DNA of 63,564 bases, counting the filler, from Octopus bimaculoides (Eukaryota), in NCBI RefSeq assembly GCF_001194135.2. It is 10 parts of 7 records of this genome, joined end to end, with 100 filler letters (N's around TTAATTAATTAA, not from the genome) between each part and the next. Parts side by side here need not be neighbours in the genome. Positions count along the whole stretch, not along the records: positions 1 to 18,484 come from NC_068989.1; positions 18,585 to 28,565 come from NC_069010.1; 8 more parts are not named here. The stretch is one strand, 5' to 3'. Below the pieces are notes generated by a model. It was not told where the DNA came from. It ran no database searches and saw nothing but the letters and a program-made list of their open reading frames with translations. The position numbers were made by a program, and so were the translations under genes. Below, piece after piece: positions 13,766 to 26,473 of this stretch. The first letter of the stretch is position 1, and each line of letters begins with the position of its first letter.

Positions 13766-14706
13766 AGTTTAATAATGATTAGTCAAAATGTAAATATGTG
13801 CAAATTAGGGTACAGACTGTGTTGCTAGCCAAATATTTGACGGCTTCATATAATATGGATCTATGTTATCGATTGGGAAAAGAAGCCGTGTATGTATTTT
13901 GATAGATCACTCTAATGTTTAATGTTGGCTCAACTTTTATCAGATATATACCCGGCTTCTTTGTGCATATGTAGACATATATGTATATAGGTATATGTAT
14001 GCATGTGAAAATATATGCATGTATATATTTAAAAATATACATTGTGGGTCGCTGCGAAAGGAAGACAACTTGTTTACGCAACCTGTCTAGCTAGATATCT
14101 CTGCCTGTGTATCTTTTTCTTTCTCCTTATCTTTCTACACACACATACACACACACACACACAAACATAGTCAAACCAAATTCTCTGATTTACCGAACGC
14201 CCACAATTTTCATAATGATGTTTCTCTTTCAACAAGAAGTTTTTCTTTATCTTCTTACATCAAAACATACCTCTGATTAAGTAAAACTACGTAACTAGCA
14301 TAACAATTTTCCCTATTTGGTAAACAGAATTTTAATAGAATTTCAATACAAATTCTTGCAATTACAAACACATTTATCGCACTGTATCTTCACAAAGAAA
14401 ACTCTATAGAAGGATGCTTTACAGATGCGAAGATTAAAACTTTGTTTATATTTTTGTTCTGTTTCTTTTTTCTAGTGTTTGTTTCCTTCAGTAATTCTAA
14501 CATTCGTGTATAGCATTTGTTTCATCTTTAAATAGCAAAAATTGAACTCTTCTTCAGATATTTTTATGTTATCTAAAAGAAACTACTGTCATCGTTCGAA
14601 TATTTTGGTTGGATCTGCTGCGAGCACATCGCCAACTATGTAAGCATTTTCATTTATAAATTATTAGCATTTTAAATAAAATTCTGCATGCTACAATTTT
14701 CTTTAC

Positions 14707-14739
<33 letters not shown>

Positions 14740-15507
14740 ACAGCAACAACAAAAACAGGAAGATCAACTACTACTACTTGTTGTTGGTGCTACGGCTTTA
14801 GCTATGGTAAATGTTGATGTCGAATGCGTGAACGTGCATGACGATGATGTCTATACCGACGACAAAGTCGACGAAGTCAATGCAGTGATGACAATGATGA
14901 TACTGATGAGGTAGACTTCTATGTTTGATACAGGGACACATATGAATGGGTTGATAATAAACGATTCTGGAAAATTATTTCATCAAACCCAATGTAATAA
15001 AATTGAAATTCCATCCATTCAAATATGAAAGTATTATTTAAAAAGAGAAAATGAAGGTGTATAATCAAACGCAGTCATCTGGTTCAGCCATCTTTTTTTT
15101 CTTTTTTTGATATCTCAAACATGTGCAATTGAACGTATATATGCATTTGTGTGTGTTTATATGATTGTGTGTATGTATATATATATATATACATATAANN
15201 NNNNNNNNNNNNNNNNNNNNNNNNNNNNNNNNNNNNNNNNNNNNNNNNNNNNNNNNNNNNNNNNNNNNNNNNNNNNNNNNNNNNNNNNNNNNNNNNNNNN
15301 NNNNNNNNNNNNNNNNNNNNNNNNNNNNNNNNNNNNNNNNNNNNNNNNNNNNNNNNNNNNNNNNNNNNNNNNNNNNNNNNNNNNNNNNNNNNNNNNNNNN
15401 NNNNNNNNNNNNNNNNNNNNNNNNNNNNNNNNNNNNNNNNNNNNNNNNNNNNNNNNNNNNNNNNNNNNNNNNNNNNNNNNNNNNNNNNNNNNNNNNNNNN
15501 NNNNNNN

Positions 15508-15553
<46 letters not shown>

Positions 15554-15637
15554 ATAGACAGACAGATAGATAGATAGATTGATAGACAGTCAGACAGATA
15601 GATAGATAGATAGATAGATATATAGATAGATAGATAA

Positions 15638-15686
<49 letters not shown>

Positions 15687-15999
15687 CAGACAGATAGATA
15701 GATGTAAGAATTTACTGTGGTAAAGGCTGCGTGGTATTCGATTATAAATAAAATAAAAAAAATACACATTGCGTACAGAACATCACCAACGAGTGAAAAA
15801 TACGTAAAGACACGAGAGAAAAAAGCACAGGAAAAAAGCACAGGAAAAAAGACCAAATCAAGATAACTCCTCATCAGTTGTCGGACTGTGTATTACTCCC
15901 TATTGGTATTATGTCGTGTACTTCTCTCTTGTATGGTTACGTATTTTTCAATCGTTGGTGATGTCCTGTACATAATGTGTATTTTTTATTTATATATCG

Positions 16000-16410
16000 T
16001 GGCTGTGTGGTAAGTAGCTTTTTTAACAACCACATGGGTCCGGGTTCAGTTTCACTGCGTGGCACACTGGAAAAATGACTTATATTATAGCTTCGGGCCG
16101 ACCAAAATCTTGTGAATGGATTGGTAGACGGAAACGGAAAGAAGCTCGTCGTATATGTTTTTGCGTGTGCTCGCGCGCGTGAGCGTGTGCATGTGTGTGT
16201 GTTTGTATATGCCTGTGTTTGTCCCACCACCATTGGTTGACAACTGGTGTTGGTGTATTTACGTTCCCGGAACTTAGCGGTTCGGCAAATGCGACCGATA
16301 AGTACTACGCTTACAAAGAATAAGTCTCGGGGGGCGATTTGTTCGAATAAAGGCGGTGCTCCAGCATGGCCACTGTCAAAAGACTGAAACAAATAAAAGA
16401 GCAAAAGAAT
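16000..16410 (+). mobile_element. Composite SINE (family B + (GT)n + family C)
   Basis: ggctgtgtggtaag...gggccgaccaaa...ggtagacggaaac...gtcccaccaccat...cggttcggcaaa...ggcggtgctccagcatggcc. Confidence 0.85.
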
Positions 16411-16418
16411 AAAAAAGA

Positions 16419-16454
<36 letters not shown>

Positions 16455-17117
16455 TNNNNNNNNNNTATATACACATACATATATTTACACACATACACGC
16501 ATATATATAAAGAAAACTAGCTGAAGAAGTGTGTAGTTTTTAGAAATAGTTCGTACAATAATTCCCATATGGACCTAAATGCACCTATACACCACTACCC
16601 AATACGTATTTCTTTTTGTAAAGGTGCACGATGACCCGGACAAAGAACTGCAAATATCAATAGAGTGAATACCGGATACACAACCTCAAGACGTTCTAGC
16701 TTGGTTTATGTACTTGAATATGGTGAATTAACTAAAAATAGCTGTTGATGGATGATATAATGTTTTAGCCATTAATCAGCTAGCCTCAGGACTTGTTGAA
16801 AACAGAGATTGATGTATAGCGTGGAAAAGAATATAAATATGATTACACCCATCAAATAGCTAAACACACGCTGACATACGAATGCACTCATAAAGGCAGG
16901 CACACGAACATATCTTCATCGATCAAAACTAACTTTATCGAAACAGATGTGTTTAAGTGCGCTCGTACGCATACGAAAAAATATGCAGATATAAATATAT
17001 GCATATAAATAGATAGATAAATACAGGCATACATATCCATGTATATATATTAACATTTATCAGCTTGTATAGTCATATATATATATATTTATATATATAT
17101 GTAATTATTTATATGTA

Positions 17118-17151
<34 letters not shown>

Positions 17152-17239
17152 CACACACATACGCACACACACACGTATACTTTAATGTTTGTGCACATAT
17201 ATCTAAATGAAAAGTATAGAAGGGTAAATAGGAAATAAT

Positions 17240-17385
17240 TGGTGGTTGTCTACTCCTTAAACAGAGTTTGACCACCTCCTGCACCTACACCTTAGCCCTT
17301 TCATGGCGTCTGATGTGGCTTTTTAAACCAGACAGTGTCTTGAAAAAACACCCACACATATTGCACCTCTGATTTGCACTACCAA
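17240..17385 (-). mobile_element. RTE-like LINE extreme 3' end (zinc finger + 3' UTR)
   Basis: Minus strand reads CNMCGCFFKTLSGLKSHIRRHERAKV*. The UTR motif gtggttgtctactccttaaacagagtttga recurs at 26310-26340. Confidence 0.7.
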
Positions 17386-17386
17386 T

Positions 17387-17435
<49 letters not shown>

Positions 17436-17956
17436 CATGCATGATTCTTTTTCAGTGTTTGTGGTTTTGTGGGTCTATGTGTATGGAGATTTGTGATCAG
17501 TATATGATTCTTTGTACATAACACAACATGTAATTTTAGCATTAGCAATGTTATAATGATTTCGGAGACGACGCTGCATCAATAAACCTCTAATATCCAT
17601 GAGAGCTCACATGATGCAATTCATATATTTTATTTATATATCAAATGCTACATACACGCATACACACATTTACAGAGGCATCATATACTCTTTAAAATAC
17701 ACACAATCATAATTTGTATTTAGATGAAAGGAATTAGAATGACATTTTCACATTTTTATTCACATACATGCACGCAAAAGCAAACACATACACACATGTA
17801 TATATCTATGTACAGACGCACAGATGTAATAAAGATGCAATAAATGTGTATGCGTTGATGTATGGGGGCGCATTACTTTGTATATGTGAGCGCGCGGTTG
17901 TGAATAGGTTTTTAATGCGCACTAACATATAGAAATAGTGCGGCAAAAATTATCAC

Positions 17957-18041
17957 TGATTAAAATATATGCACGGACAATCCGCATAGGCTGGAATGGT
18001 GGAAGATCTTTCCTCGCGGAAATAGTTCATCGTGATCATTT
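17957..18041 (-). CDS. Candidate downstream exon of the PKDCC-like gene
   Basis: Strong acceptor (long T tract...gtcatacag). Phase-1 entry matches the exit of exon 19182-19397 and reads (E)MITMNYFREERSSTIPAYADCPCIYFN. STIP resembles the post-kinase segment of vertebrate PKDCC as recalled. The donor is weak (gtgata), or a stop follows directly. An assembly spacer separates it from the upstream exon. Confidence 0.35.
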
Positions 18042-18484
18042 CTGTATGACAGCACGTGTGGAAAAAAAAACAAAAAAAAAAACAATCGGGTTTTCAATGA
18101 TTTCATCACATCACAGGAGGTGTGTGTGTTTCTGCGTTGTTTCACTTTATCAGGCACGGATATCCAGTTAATAGTTCACAAGCTTGTTCTGATTTATATG
18201 AACAGTAAACAGTTTGCACACTCGAACTGCTTTGAGGAAATACCTTTACTGAATTCCCATATGACCAACATTCACACCAGCAGCAAATTTAATGTACAAC
18301 ATTCTTAGATATTTACACTAGTAAGGACTATTAACTACCAGTTGGTTATTCGTGGCTGATAACGCAGAATAACGTAGAAATTCATGACATCCAGGATCCG
18401 AAGACATTAACTTCAACATTAAATTCTCACGCTCCTGAGAGTTAAGAAATTTCTCTAAATTTCTCTCGAGTTTATTTCTGCTAT

Positions 18485-18584
18485 NNNNNNNNNNNNNNNN
18501 NNNNNNNNNNNNNNNNNNNNNNNNNNNNTTAATTAATTAANNNNNNNNNNNNNNNNNNNNNNNNNNNNNNNNNNNNNNNNNNNN
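18485..18584. other. Assembly spacer 44N-TTAATTAATTAA-44N; also at 28610, 41767, 48723, 51655, 55158, 58331, 61028 and 62234 (12-mer starts)
   Basis: Same 100-bp layout at nine sites; the 12-mer is palindromic with stops in all six frames. Confidence 0.95.
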
Positions 18585-18640
18585 TATATATATATATATA
18601 TATATATCTGTAAATATAATATGTGACAATTATTCAGTAG

Positions 18641-18777
18641 CCATCCGAAACTCGGAGTTTCGGATGTCGTGGTGGAAACCCACACCGCCATCTCTTCAGC
18701 TATCAGGCCATCAAAAAAAAATGCTATGTAAAGTGGGTTTCCGCACCGACATCCAAAACTTGGAGTCTTATTATGGC
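18641..18777. ncRNA. Two partial, inverted copies of a type-I hammerhead-like motif
   Basis: Minus strand: gcctgatag-CTGAAGA-gatgg...catcc-GAAA-ctccgag-T. Plus strand (18733-18777): gtgggtttccgcaccgacatcc-aaaa-cttggag-TC-ttattatggc. Confidence 0.5.
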
Positions 18778-18965
18778 AATAGTGGTATTTTGTCTGCCGC
18801 TACGTTCTGAGTTCAAATTCCGCCGAGGTCGACTTTGCTTTTCATCCTTTTCGGGGTCGATTAAATAAGTACCAGTTACACACTGGGGTCGATGTAATTG
18901 ACTTACTCCCTTTGTCTGTCCTTGTTTGTCCCCTCTCTGTGTAGCCCCTTGTGAGCAGTAATGAA
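18775..18965 (+). mobile_element. SINE family A
   Basis: ctacgttctgagttcaaattccgccgaggtcgactttgc...ggggtcgattaaataagtaccag...gtagcccctt. Confidence 0.85.
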
Positions 18966-19181
18966 ATAAATTATTATGATTATTATTATATCTTTCTCCG
19001 TTTTCTTCCTCTGTTTAGACGAACTTTCCTACCTTTTCGGACAAAACCTTCTGTAACCTTCGTCCTGTCTTTGTCCTTAGATGTTTTTAATTGATATTAG
19101 CCCTTGTGGCCAATAAAACGAATTAATTATTATTATTTTTATTATTATTATTATCATTATTATTATAACATCATTACTAAC

Positions 19182-19397
19182 CAGCTTTAGCCAGCATGTT
19201 GGTGAAGATGTCCACCAAATATTCTGTGCTGATCTGCAGGCTCTGTAGTTGACCAATGATGACACTGATAGCCTTCTTGGATTGTGGAGGCACATTGACC
19301 ATCAACGGCAACAGCATGTGGTCAGACACCATCTTCAGGTTCAGCTTCTCATTGAGGCCAACGCATTTCTTCTTCAGACACTGGATTCCAGGGACCG
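19182..19397 (-). CDS. PKDCC: PKDCC/VLK-like kinase, internal exon (C-lobe end)
   Basis: Pyrimidine-rich acceptor ctctttcaccag and donor gttagt; 216 nt, phase 1 to phase 1. Reads (A)VPGIQCLKKKCVGLNEKLNLKMVSDHMLLPLMVNVPPQSKKAISVIIGQLQSLQISTEYLVDIFTNMLAKA. The C.G.NEK.NL motif matches human PKDCC (WCEGMNEKRNL, recalled). Confidence 0.85.
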
Positions 19398-19499
19398 CTG
19401 GTGAAAGAGAAGAGAGATGAGAGAGTGAGGTGTCATCGAGGGAGAGGAAATGGAGAGTGATTGGGGGGGGAGGGTCGAAAGGAAGAGAGGGAACATTGG

Positions 19500-19770
19500 G
19501 GGGAGAGAGAGAGAGAGAGAGAGGAAGGGGAGGACAGACAGAGAAAGGGGACATGAAAGAGAGAAGGAAGACATAAGAGAGAGAAAAAGGGGGGACATGA
19601 GAGAGTGAGAAAAAGGGAACGTGAGAGAAAAAGGGAATATGAGAGAGAAAAAGGGAATGTGAGAGAGAAAAAGGGAACATGAGAGAAAAAGGGGACATAA
19701 GAGAGAAAAAAGAAATGTGAGAGAGAAAAAGGGAATATGAGAGAGAGAAAGGATACATGAGGGAGAGAGA
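19500..19770. repeat. Intronic GA-rich minisatellite (about 20-bp units, gagagaaaaagggaa(c/t)at)
   Basis: Roughly ten degenerate tandem units between the two kinase exons. Confidence 0.8.
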
Positions 19771-19846
19771 CAGCAGACAGGGGTCTATAGATAGGGGACA
19801 GATGACAAGGAAAGCAGGTGTGTAAAACTGTCAACGTCTACCTTAC

Positions 19847-20042
19847 CTTTGTTTTTAAGGTGCTCATAACACTGTGCCTCGCTGGAGCAAGCGTGTTCTC
19901 CAACGACCAGGTCATCAAGGTCGGACAACTTTATCTGGTCACCAACAACCACAAAGTCTTCGCTTTTCAGCCTCAGTATCCGCAAACTGCCCAGGGGAGA
20001 ATGACTGATGTAGTTGATGATTGATGAGATTTGGTAGATGAC
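19847..20042 (-). CDS. PKDCC: PKDCC/VLK-like kinase, internal exon (catalytic loop and Mg-binding region)
   Basis: Acceptor tctttattcacag and donor aag|gtaagg; 196 nt, phase 0 to phase 1, joining 19397 in frame. Reads VIYQISSIINYISHSPLGSLRILRLKSEDFVVVGDQIKLSDLDDLVVGEHACSSEAQCYEHLKNK. HSPLGS and DLDD are hallmark PKDCC motifs. Confidence 0.88.
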
Positions 20043-20720
20043 CTGTGAATAAAGATTGAGAAGGACAATGGCGGTGAGGTAGACGTGAGGGTTTCGGTGC
20101 GGTGACCACCCTAGATGATGAAATATTCAGTATTTATCTTTCAGGAGAGGTTAGATGTGGTTGGGGTACATGGAAAGACAGAGATAAATAGAGAGAGAGA
20201 AAGGGGTAGGAGAAGAAAAGAGATAGATAGAGTGAGACAAAAAGAGACAGAGATACAGGCAGTCAGAGAGGTAAACAGAGATAGACAGACAGATATATAG
20301 ATAGATAGATACATACATACATACATACATTAGACACAAGATGTGATCTATTTCTAGCACATTGAATGTCCACGTTAGTGGTCAACGTCATATATAAAAA
20401 TGTACATATGTATGTAGGTATCATAAATATATAGGGATTGACAGTAACCTGCTTCTCCAACATACTGAGAATTCAGAAATAGCAGTCAAAGAACTACTGA
20501 TTTCAAAACTACAAATTATTACTCCAGATTGATAGCGATATTTTTGATACACACAGAACAAAAAACAGTAGAGAAGAGTAAAAAAACCACCTGCCTTTAG
20601 TTAATTTAGTACGATCGTTTCACAGTTAAGAGCAAAGAATCTGTCAATTCCTATATATTTATGATTATAAATGTTTTTTACCGAAAAGGTTTTTTCATAC
20701 TGAGCTACCCGGCAAAATTG

Positions 20721-20792
20721 TTAATTATTAATTTTATTACTAATTGACGATTCCCTGCCCTGCATATCTATATGTATGTAGGTAGGTAGATT

Positions 20793-20877
<85 letters not shown>

Positions 20878-21220
20878 GCAGGAAGACAGACAGACAGGTA
20901 GATAGATACATACATTCATACGTAGGTAGGTAGGTAGGTAGATAGAAAGATAGATAGGTAGATAGATAGACTTAAATAGAGATAACAGAAAAGAGATAGA
21001 GTGTGTGTGACTGTGAGAGAGAGAGAGAGGAGAAAGAAAAAAAAGAGAGGAAAAGATATAGGTAGAAGGGCAGATAGACAAAGACAGAGAAAGAGGGAGA
21101 GAGAGAGACAGACAGACAGACAAAGATAGACAGACCAAAGGACTCACAGAAAACAAAATGACATTTGGAAGTTGGAGTAGAAAATGTCCTGGTGATGTAT
21201 TAAAATTGGATTTGATATAA

Positions 21221-21252
<32 letters not shown>

Positions 21253-21267
21253 TTGCATATGTATGTA

Positions 21268-21359
<92 letters not shown>

Positions 21360-21590
21360 CGTGTGTGTGTGCGTATGTGCATATATGTATATTTATGTAT
21401 GTATATATACATGTACATATACACACACATATATATACATACATGTGTATATATGTACATATATATATTCATACAAATACATATATGCATACACACATAC
21501 ACATATATATATACATATATATATACACATTCTTACAAATACACACACATATATATGCATATATGTGCATACATATATACACATATATTG

Positions 21591-21628
<38 letters not shown>

Positions 21629-22186
21629 TATTCGTACATGTATACATATACATGTATTCATATATACATACACATACATATATATATATATGTACTCATA
21701 TATATAATATATACACACACGAACACACATAAATAGGACATAGCATACACACATACATACAAACGTACACGCAATGAGTGTGTGGGTGAAAGGGTAGGTT
21801 AGTGTGCATGTAAGGTAGAGTGACACAGTATAACTGGGTGTGGTAGTGGAGTGGTGGTGACAGTGGTATGAAAAGGTTGTGATAGTTGAGGTGGTAGTAG
21901 TGGACAAGGTGCAGCGGTGATGGTCACAACTGAAGTAGCAGGTTGTAGTAGGGAAGATGGTTGTGAGAGCAGTGGTGGTGGTGGTGGTGGTGGTGGTGGT
22001 GGTGGTGGTGGTGGTGCTGTGTAGACTAGCACCTCCACCCTGTCCCCCAACACCACCACCACCACTTCAAAAATACCACCCAAACTTTTGATTCCAGAAC
22101 ATTCCTCCAGGCTAACAAGAACAACAACAGCAGCAAAACTACATGAAGTTGTCGTTTCACAGTAAACTAACTTCAGCCAGGAAAAT

Positions 22187-22223
<37 letters not shown>

Positions 22224-22292
22224 TACAGACACACACACACTCAAACACAGACACACACACATACATGCTCAAACACACCCACACAGTGATAC

Positions 22293-22339
<47 letters not shown>

Positions 22340-22372
22340 GGATGGATGGATGGATGGATGGATGGATGGATG

Positions 22373-22411
<39 letters not shown>

Positions 22412-22589
22412 GGATAGATGGATGGATGGATGGATAGATAGATAGACAAGCAGATAGAAAGATGCAACTCTCTCCATTATTAAAAAATAATAAATTAAAC
22501 TGATTAGAACTATCAGTGAAGTCATTCTTTTTCCTTTTCAAATATATATATATATATATATATATAAATATATATATGGATCTATCTCA

Positions 22590-22669
<80 letters not shown>

Positions 22670-22860
22670 TAGACACACATACGTATGTACACAAAATGTC
22701 ACATTCTTATACATGCACAGACGCATATGTATGTATGTATGTGTGTGTGTGTGTGAGTGTATATACATATATATATATATATATATATACGCACACACAC
22801 ACATACATATATGTACATGCACACGTCTGTATGCATGCAAGCATGTGCACACACACACAC
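20721..22860. repeat. Compound microsatellite field: (GATA)n, (CA)n, (TA)n, (GGT)n, (GGAT)n, (CT)n
   Basis: Directly visible; it accounts for the low-complexity ORFs in this interval. Confidence 0.95.
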
Positions 22861-23189
22861 ACAGTTTATATACCCAGGTATCTATGTGGGTGTAGATATG
22901 TGACGTATATATGCAACAAAACCAGTTGCCTTAAGGTCAACTTCCCCTATTGAATGCGAGATCTTCCTGCTCATCTTCCTGCTCCCCACCCCATTTTCCT
23001 TCCCTTTATAAACCTAACAGAAGAAATGCACTCGGTGACCCGGTGAAACAGTGATATCCATCATGCATTCACACACACACATACACACAGAAACATATGT
23101 AGCTACAGAGATGCACACCCTACGTATACATACACACACAAACCATGCACGATATAGATACACACCCACGTACACACAATCACATGCAT

Positions 23190-23660
23190 ACATATCTTTT
23201 ACTTGTTTCAGTCATTAGACAGTGGCCATGCTGGGGCACCGCTCTGAAGAATTTCTAATTGAATGAATCAACCCTAATGTATGTTTTTTTTCAAAGCCTG
23301 ATACTTATTGTATCAATCTCATTTGCTGAACGGCTAAGTTACAGGGACATAGACACCCCAATACCATTTGTCAAGTGGTGGTGGGGAGGACAATCACAGA
23401 TACACACACACTTTCTTATCCAAGATGCTATACAGTGGGACTGAACCTGGAACCATGTGGTTGGGAAGCAAGCTTCTTACCACATAACCAAGGCATACAT
23501 ACACACACATATATACTTATACAACGGGCTTCTTTCAGTTTCCATCTACCATGTCCTCTCAGTGCTTGGGTCGCCCGAGGCTACAGTAGAAGACATTTGC
23601 TCAACGTGCCATGCAATGGGACTGAACCCAGAACCATGTGGTTGGGAAGCAAACTTCTTA
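23190..23660 (-). mobile_element. Composite SINEs (family C plus two family B heads)
   Basis: gggactgaacc...aaccatgtggttgggaagcaa occurs twice, plus gtggccatgctgg...ccgc. Confidence 0.75.
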
Positions 23661-23926
23661 ACAGACAGAAAGACAGACAGACAGGTATACGCAGGTTGTT
23701 CATAAATTATCTTTACAGCTTCAACAATTCAATTATTAAAGTTGAAAGCCATCGATCAATTTCTTAGCAAACAAAATGCGCCCACGTAGAAGTGTTGTGA
23801 TGTTTCTAATAAAACTTTTATTGTTTGGCTATGTTTTCCAGTAAACTTAGCTGAGTCACTGGTTTTTCTGTCATTGTTTTCTGACTTTTTTTTTTAAAAC
23901 TGTAAAGCTTATTTATGGACACCCTG

Positions 23927-24766
23927 TGTCTCTTAGCTTAATGGTTGGGGGCCTCTTAGCTTAATGNNNNNNNNNNNNNNNNNNNNNNNNNNNNNNNNNN
24001 NNNNNNNNNNNNNNNNNNNNNNNNNNNNNNNNNNNNNNNNNNNNNNNNNNNNNNNNNNNNNNNNNNNNNNNNNNNNNNNNNNNNNNNNNNNNNNNNNNNN
24101 NNNNNNNNNNNNNNNNNNNNNNNNNNNNNNNNNNNNNNNNNNNNNNNNNNNNNNNNNNNNNNNNNNNNNNNNNNNNNNNNNNNNNNNNNNNNNNNNNNNN
24201 NNNNNNNNNNNNNNNNNNNNNNNNNNNNNNNNNNNNNNNNNNNNNNNNNNNNNNNNNNNNNNNNNNNNNNNNNNNNNNNNNNNNNNNNNNNNNNNNNNNN
24301 NNNNNNNNNNNNNNNNNNNNNNNNNNNNNNNNNNNNNNNNNNNNNNNNNNNNNNNNNNNNNNNNNNNNNNNNNNNNNNNNNNNNNNNNNNNNNNNNNNNN
24401 NNNNNNNNNNNNNNNNNNNNNNNNNNNNNNNNNNNNNNNNNNNNNNNNNNNNNNNNNNNNNNNNNNNNNNNNNNNNNNNNNNNNNNNNNNNNNNNNNNNN
24501 NNNNNNNNNNNNNNNNNNNNNNNNNNNNNNNNNNNNNNNNNNNNNNNNNNNNNNNNNNNNNNNNNNNNNNNNAGCGTAATGATCAGGGGCCTTTTAGCTT
24601 AATGGTTGGGGGCCTCTTAGCTTAATGATCAGGGGCCTTTTAGCTTAATGGTTGGGGGCCTCTTAGTGTAATGATCAGGGGCCTTTTAGCTTAATGGTTG
24701 GGGGCCTCTTAGCGTAATGATCAGGGGCCTTTTAGCTTAATGGTTGGGGGCCTCTTAGCTTAATGT
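23927..24766. repeat. Minisatellite of alternating 23-bp units (46-bp higher-order dimer), spanning a gap of about 600 N
   Basis: tcttagc(t/g)taatgatcaggggcc alternates with ttttagcttaatggttgggggcc; the repeat is seen on both sides of the gap. Confidence 0.9.
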
Positions 24767-24839
24767 TATGAAGGGCCTAGGGACTGCAGACAAACAAGAC
24801 CCCAAACTAATCCAGATGTTATAATGACTGTGACATCGG

Positions 24840-25145
24840 CCCCAAAGAGAAACAAAGATCAGGAACACCTTCTGTGATGGAAGATGAGATCTTGCTTAAA
24901 ATGGCTGAACAACAGCGAAGCTGAAGCATTCAGACACTGATGGCAGAACTTGCTCCTTCACAAAGCATCATCGGTTGACACCTCCATAAGCCCAGCATTA
25001 TGAGCAGACACTGTTGAGAAGCTCCTCATGAACTGACCAATGACCAGGTTCAATGGCTTGTGACCGTTTGCAAACAACTGCTGGCGAATCCTCGAGACGC
25101 CCATTTTTGGGATCAAATTGTAACTGGGGATAAACAAGTGAACCT
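24840..25145 (+). mobile_element. Mariner (DD34D-type) transposase fragment, HTH to first catalytic D, decayed
   Basis: Reads QRSGTPSVMEDEILLKMAEQQ...*EAPHELTNDQVQWLVTVCKQLLANPRDAHFWDQIVTGDK, matching RSGRP, WVPHEL and IVTGDEKW. Confidence 0.8.
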
Positions 25146-25831
25146 ATTTTCATGATCCTAAGAGCAATAAGGGGCTTCATTCACATCGTTGGAACTAGTG
25201 TGGTGGCCATGTCACTTGCGAGATGAGAAGCCATCTCAGGTGTATATATAGAAGATACAGGGGTCACTTTATGGAAGGGACTGAGATGTTGAAACCGAAC
25301 AGACAGGACAGGAATAAATTTATTTTTTGTGGGGTAGCTACAAGGCTACCCCATATTACGTAAGGGTGGGTGTAAAGCATTGAGGTGGTGTAGGAAAGAA
25401 GGGTTAAAGATGGTGGTGATGTGGTGTCACAGTGTACCCTCAAGGGACAGGAAGGTGAACAGAAGAGTGGGGCGGGGGAGAATGAAAGGAAAAAGGGAAG
25501 AGGGGTAGATAGAGGGGTGAATGAGGGATGGTTAGAGTTGAAAGGCCAGTGGGTGAATGCTGCAAATAGGGAACAAGTGTAGAGGGGTGGGGCTGATAGG
25601 GAATGTCAGTTTGGAGAGGAGGTAATAACGATGAGGAATGGATTTCAAGACAGAAAGACAGACAGACAGATAGAGATACAGAGAGACAGACAGACAGATA
25701 GAGATACAGAGAGACAGACAGACAGACAGACAGATAGAGATACAGACAGACAGACAGACAGACAGATGGATGGACAGATAAATAGATAGATATGTAGGTA
25801 GATAGCCATAGATATACAAGGAGCGAGAAGT

Positions 25832-25862
<31 letters not shown>

Positions 25863-26440
25863 CAGAGAGACAGGCAGACAGAGAGACAGGCAGACAGAGA
25901 GACAGGCAGACAGAGATAGAGAGACAGATAACTGGAGAGAGAGAGATAGATATGTAGGTAGATAACCATAGATATACAGGGAGCGAGAAGTAGATCAATA
26001 GATAGATAGATAGATAGATAAGGTAGGTAGGTAGGTAGGTAGGTAGGTAGGTAGATAGATAGATAGACAGAGATATAGGACAGATAGATGAATAGATAAT
26101 CCGACAGTCTGACAGGGAAGGAGGATTGATTGAAGGTGAGTAGATAAATGGGTAAGGTAGACAGGTAAACAAAAACATATATACATAAGTAGATAATAGG
26201 TAAACATGGAGATACAAAGATAAATCAATAGACAGATAGATGAAGATATATCTATATGTGTGCGTGTGTGTGTGTGTACATATATATATATATGTATATG
26301 TATATATATGGTGGTTGTCTACTCCTTAAACAGAGTTTGANNNNNNNNNNNNNNNNNNNNNNNNNNNNNNNNNNNNNNNNNNNNNNNNNNNNNNNNNNNN
26401 NNNNNNNNNNNNNNNNNNNNNNNNNNNNNNNNNNNNNNNN

Positions 26441-26473
<33 letters not shown>

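Noticed and set aside
16510-16700. Possible further PKDCC (PAN-like) exon on the minus strand
   Set aside because: An acceptor exists (gatatttgcag), but every frame hits a stop within about 25 codons and the motif similarity is spread over different frames.
20740-22953. Many 60-240 aa ORFs rich in YI, CV, SIYL, TH or poly-I/N/S (also at 10-11, 15, 25-28, 42-44, 50 and 61-63 kb)
   Set aside because: They are translations of (TA)n, (CA)n, (GATA)n and (AAT)n microsatellites or run through N gaps; no coding signal.
23015-23055. cagaaga...gaaac, a Penelope-like degenerate hammerhead
   Set aside because: The core is mutated (CAGAAGA) and stems I and III cannot be paired convincingly.
23927-24766. 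Regularly spaced repeats resembling a CRISPR array
   Set aside because: The units are contiguous with no unique spacers, and the context is eukaryotic with no cas genes.
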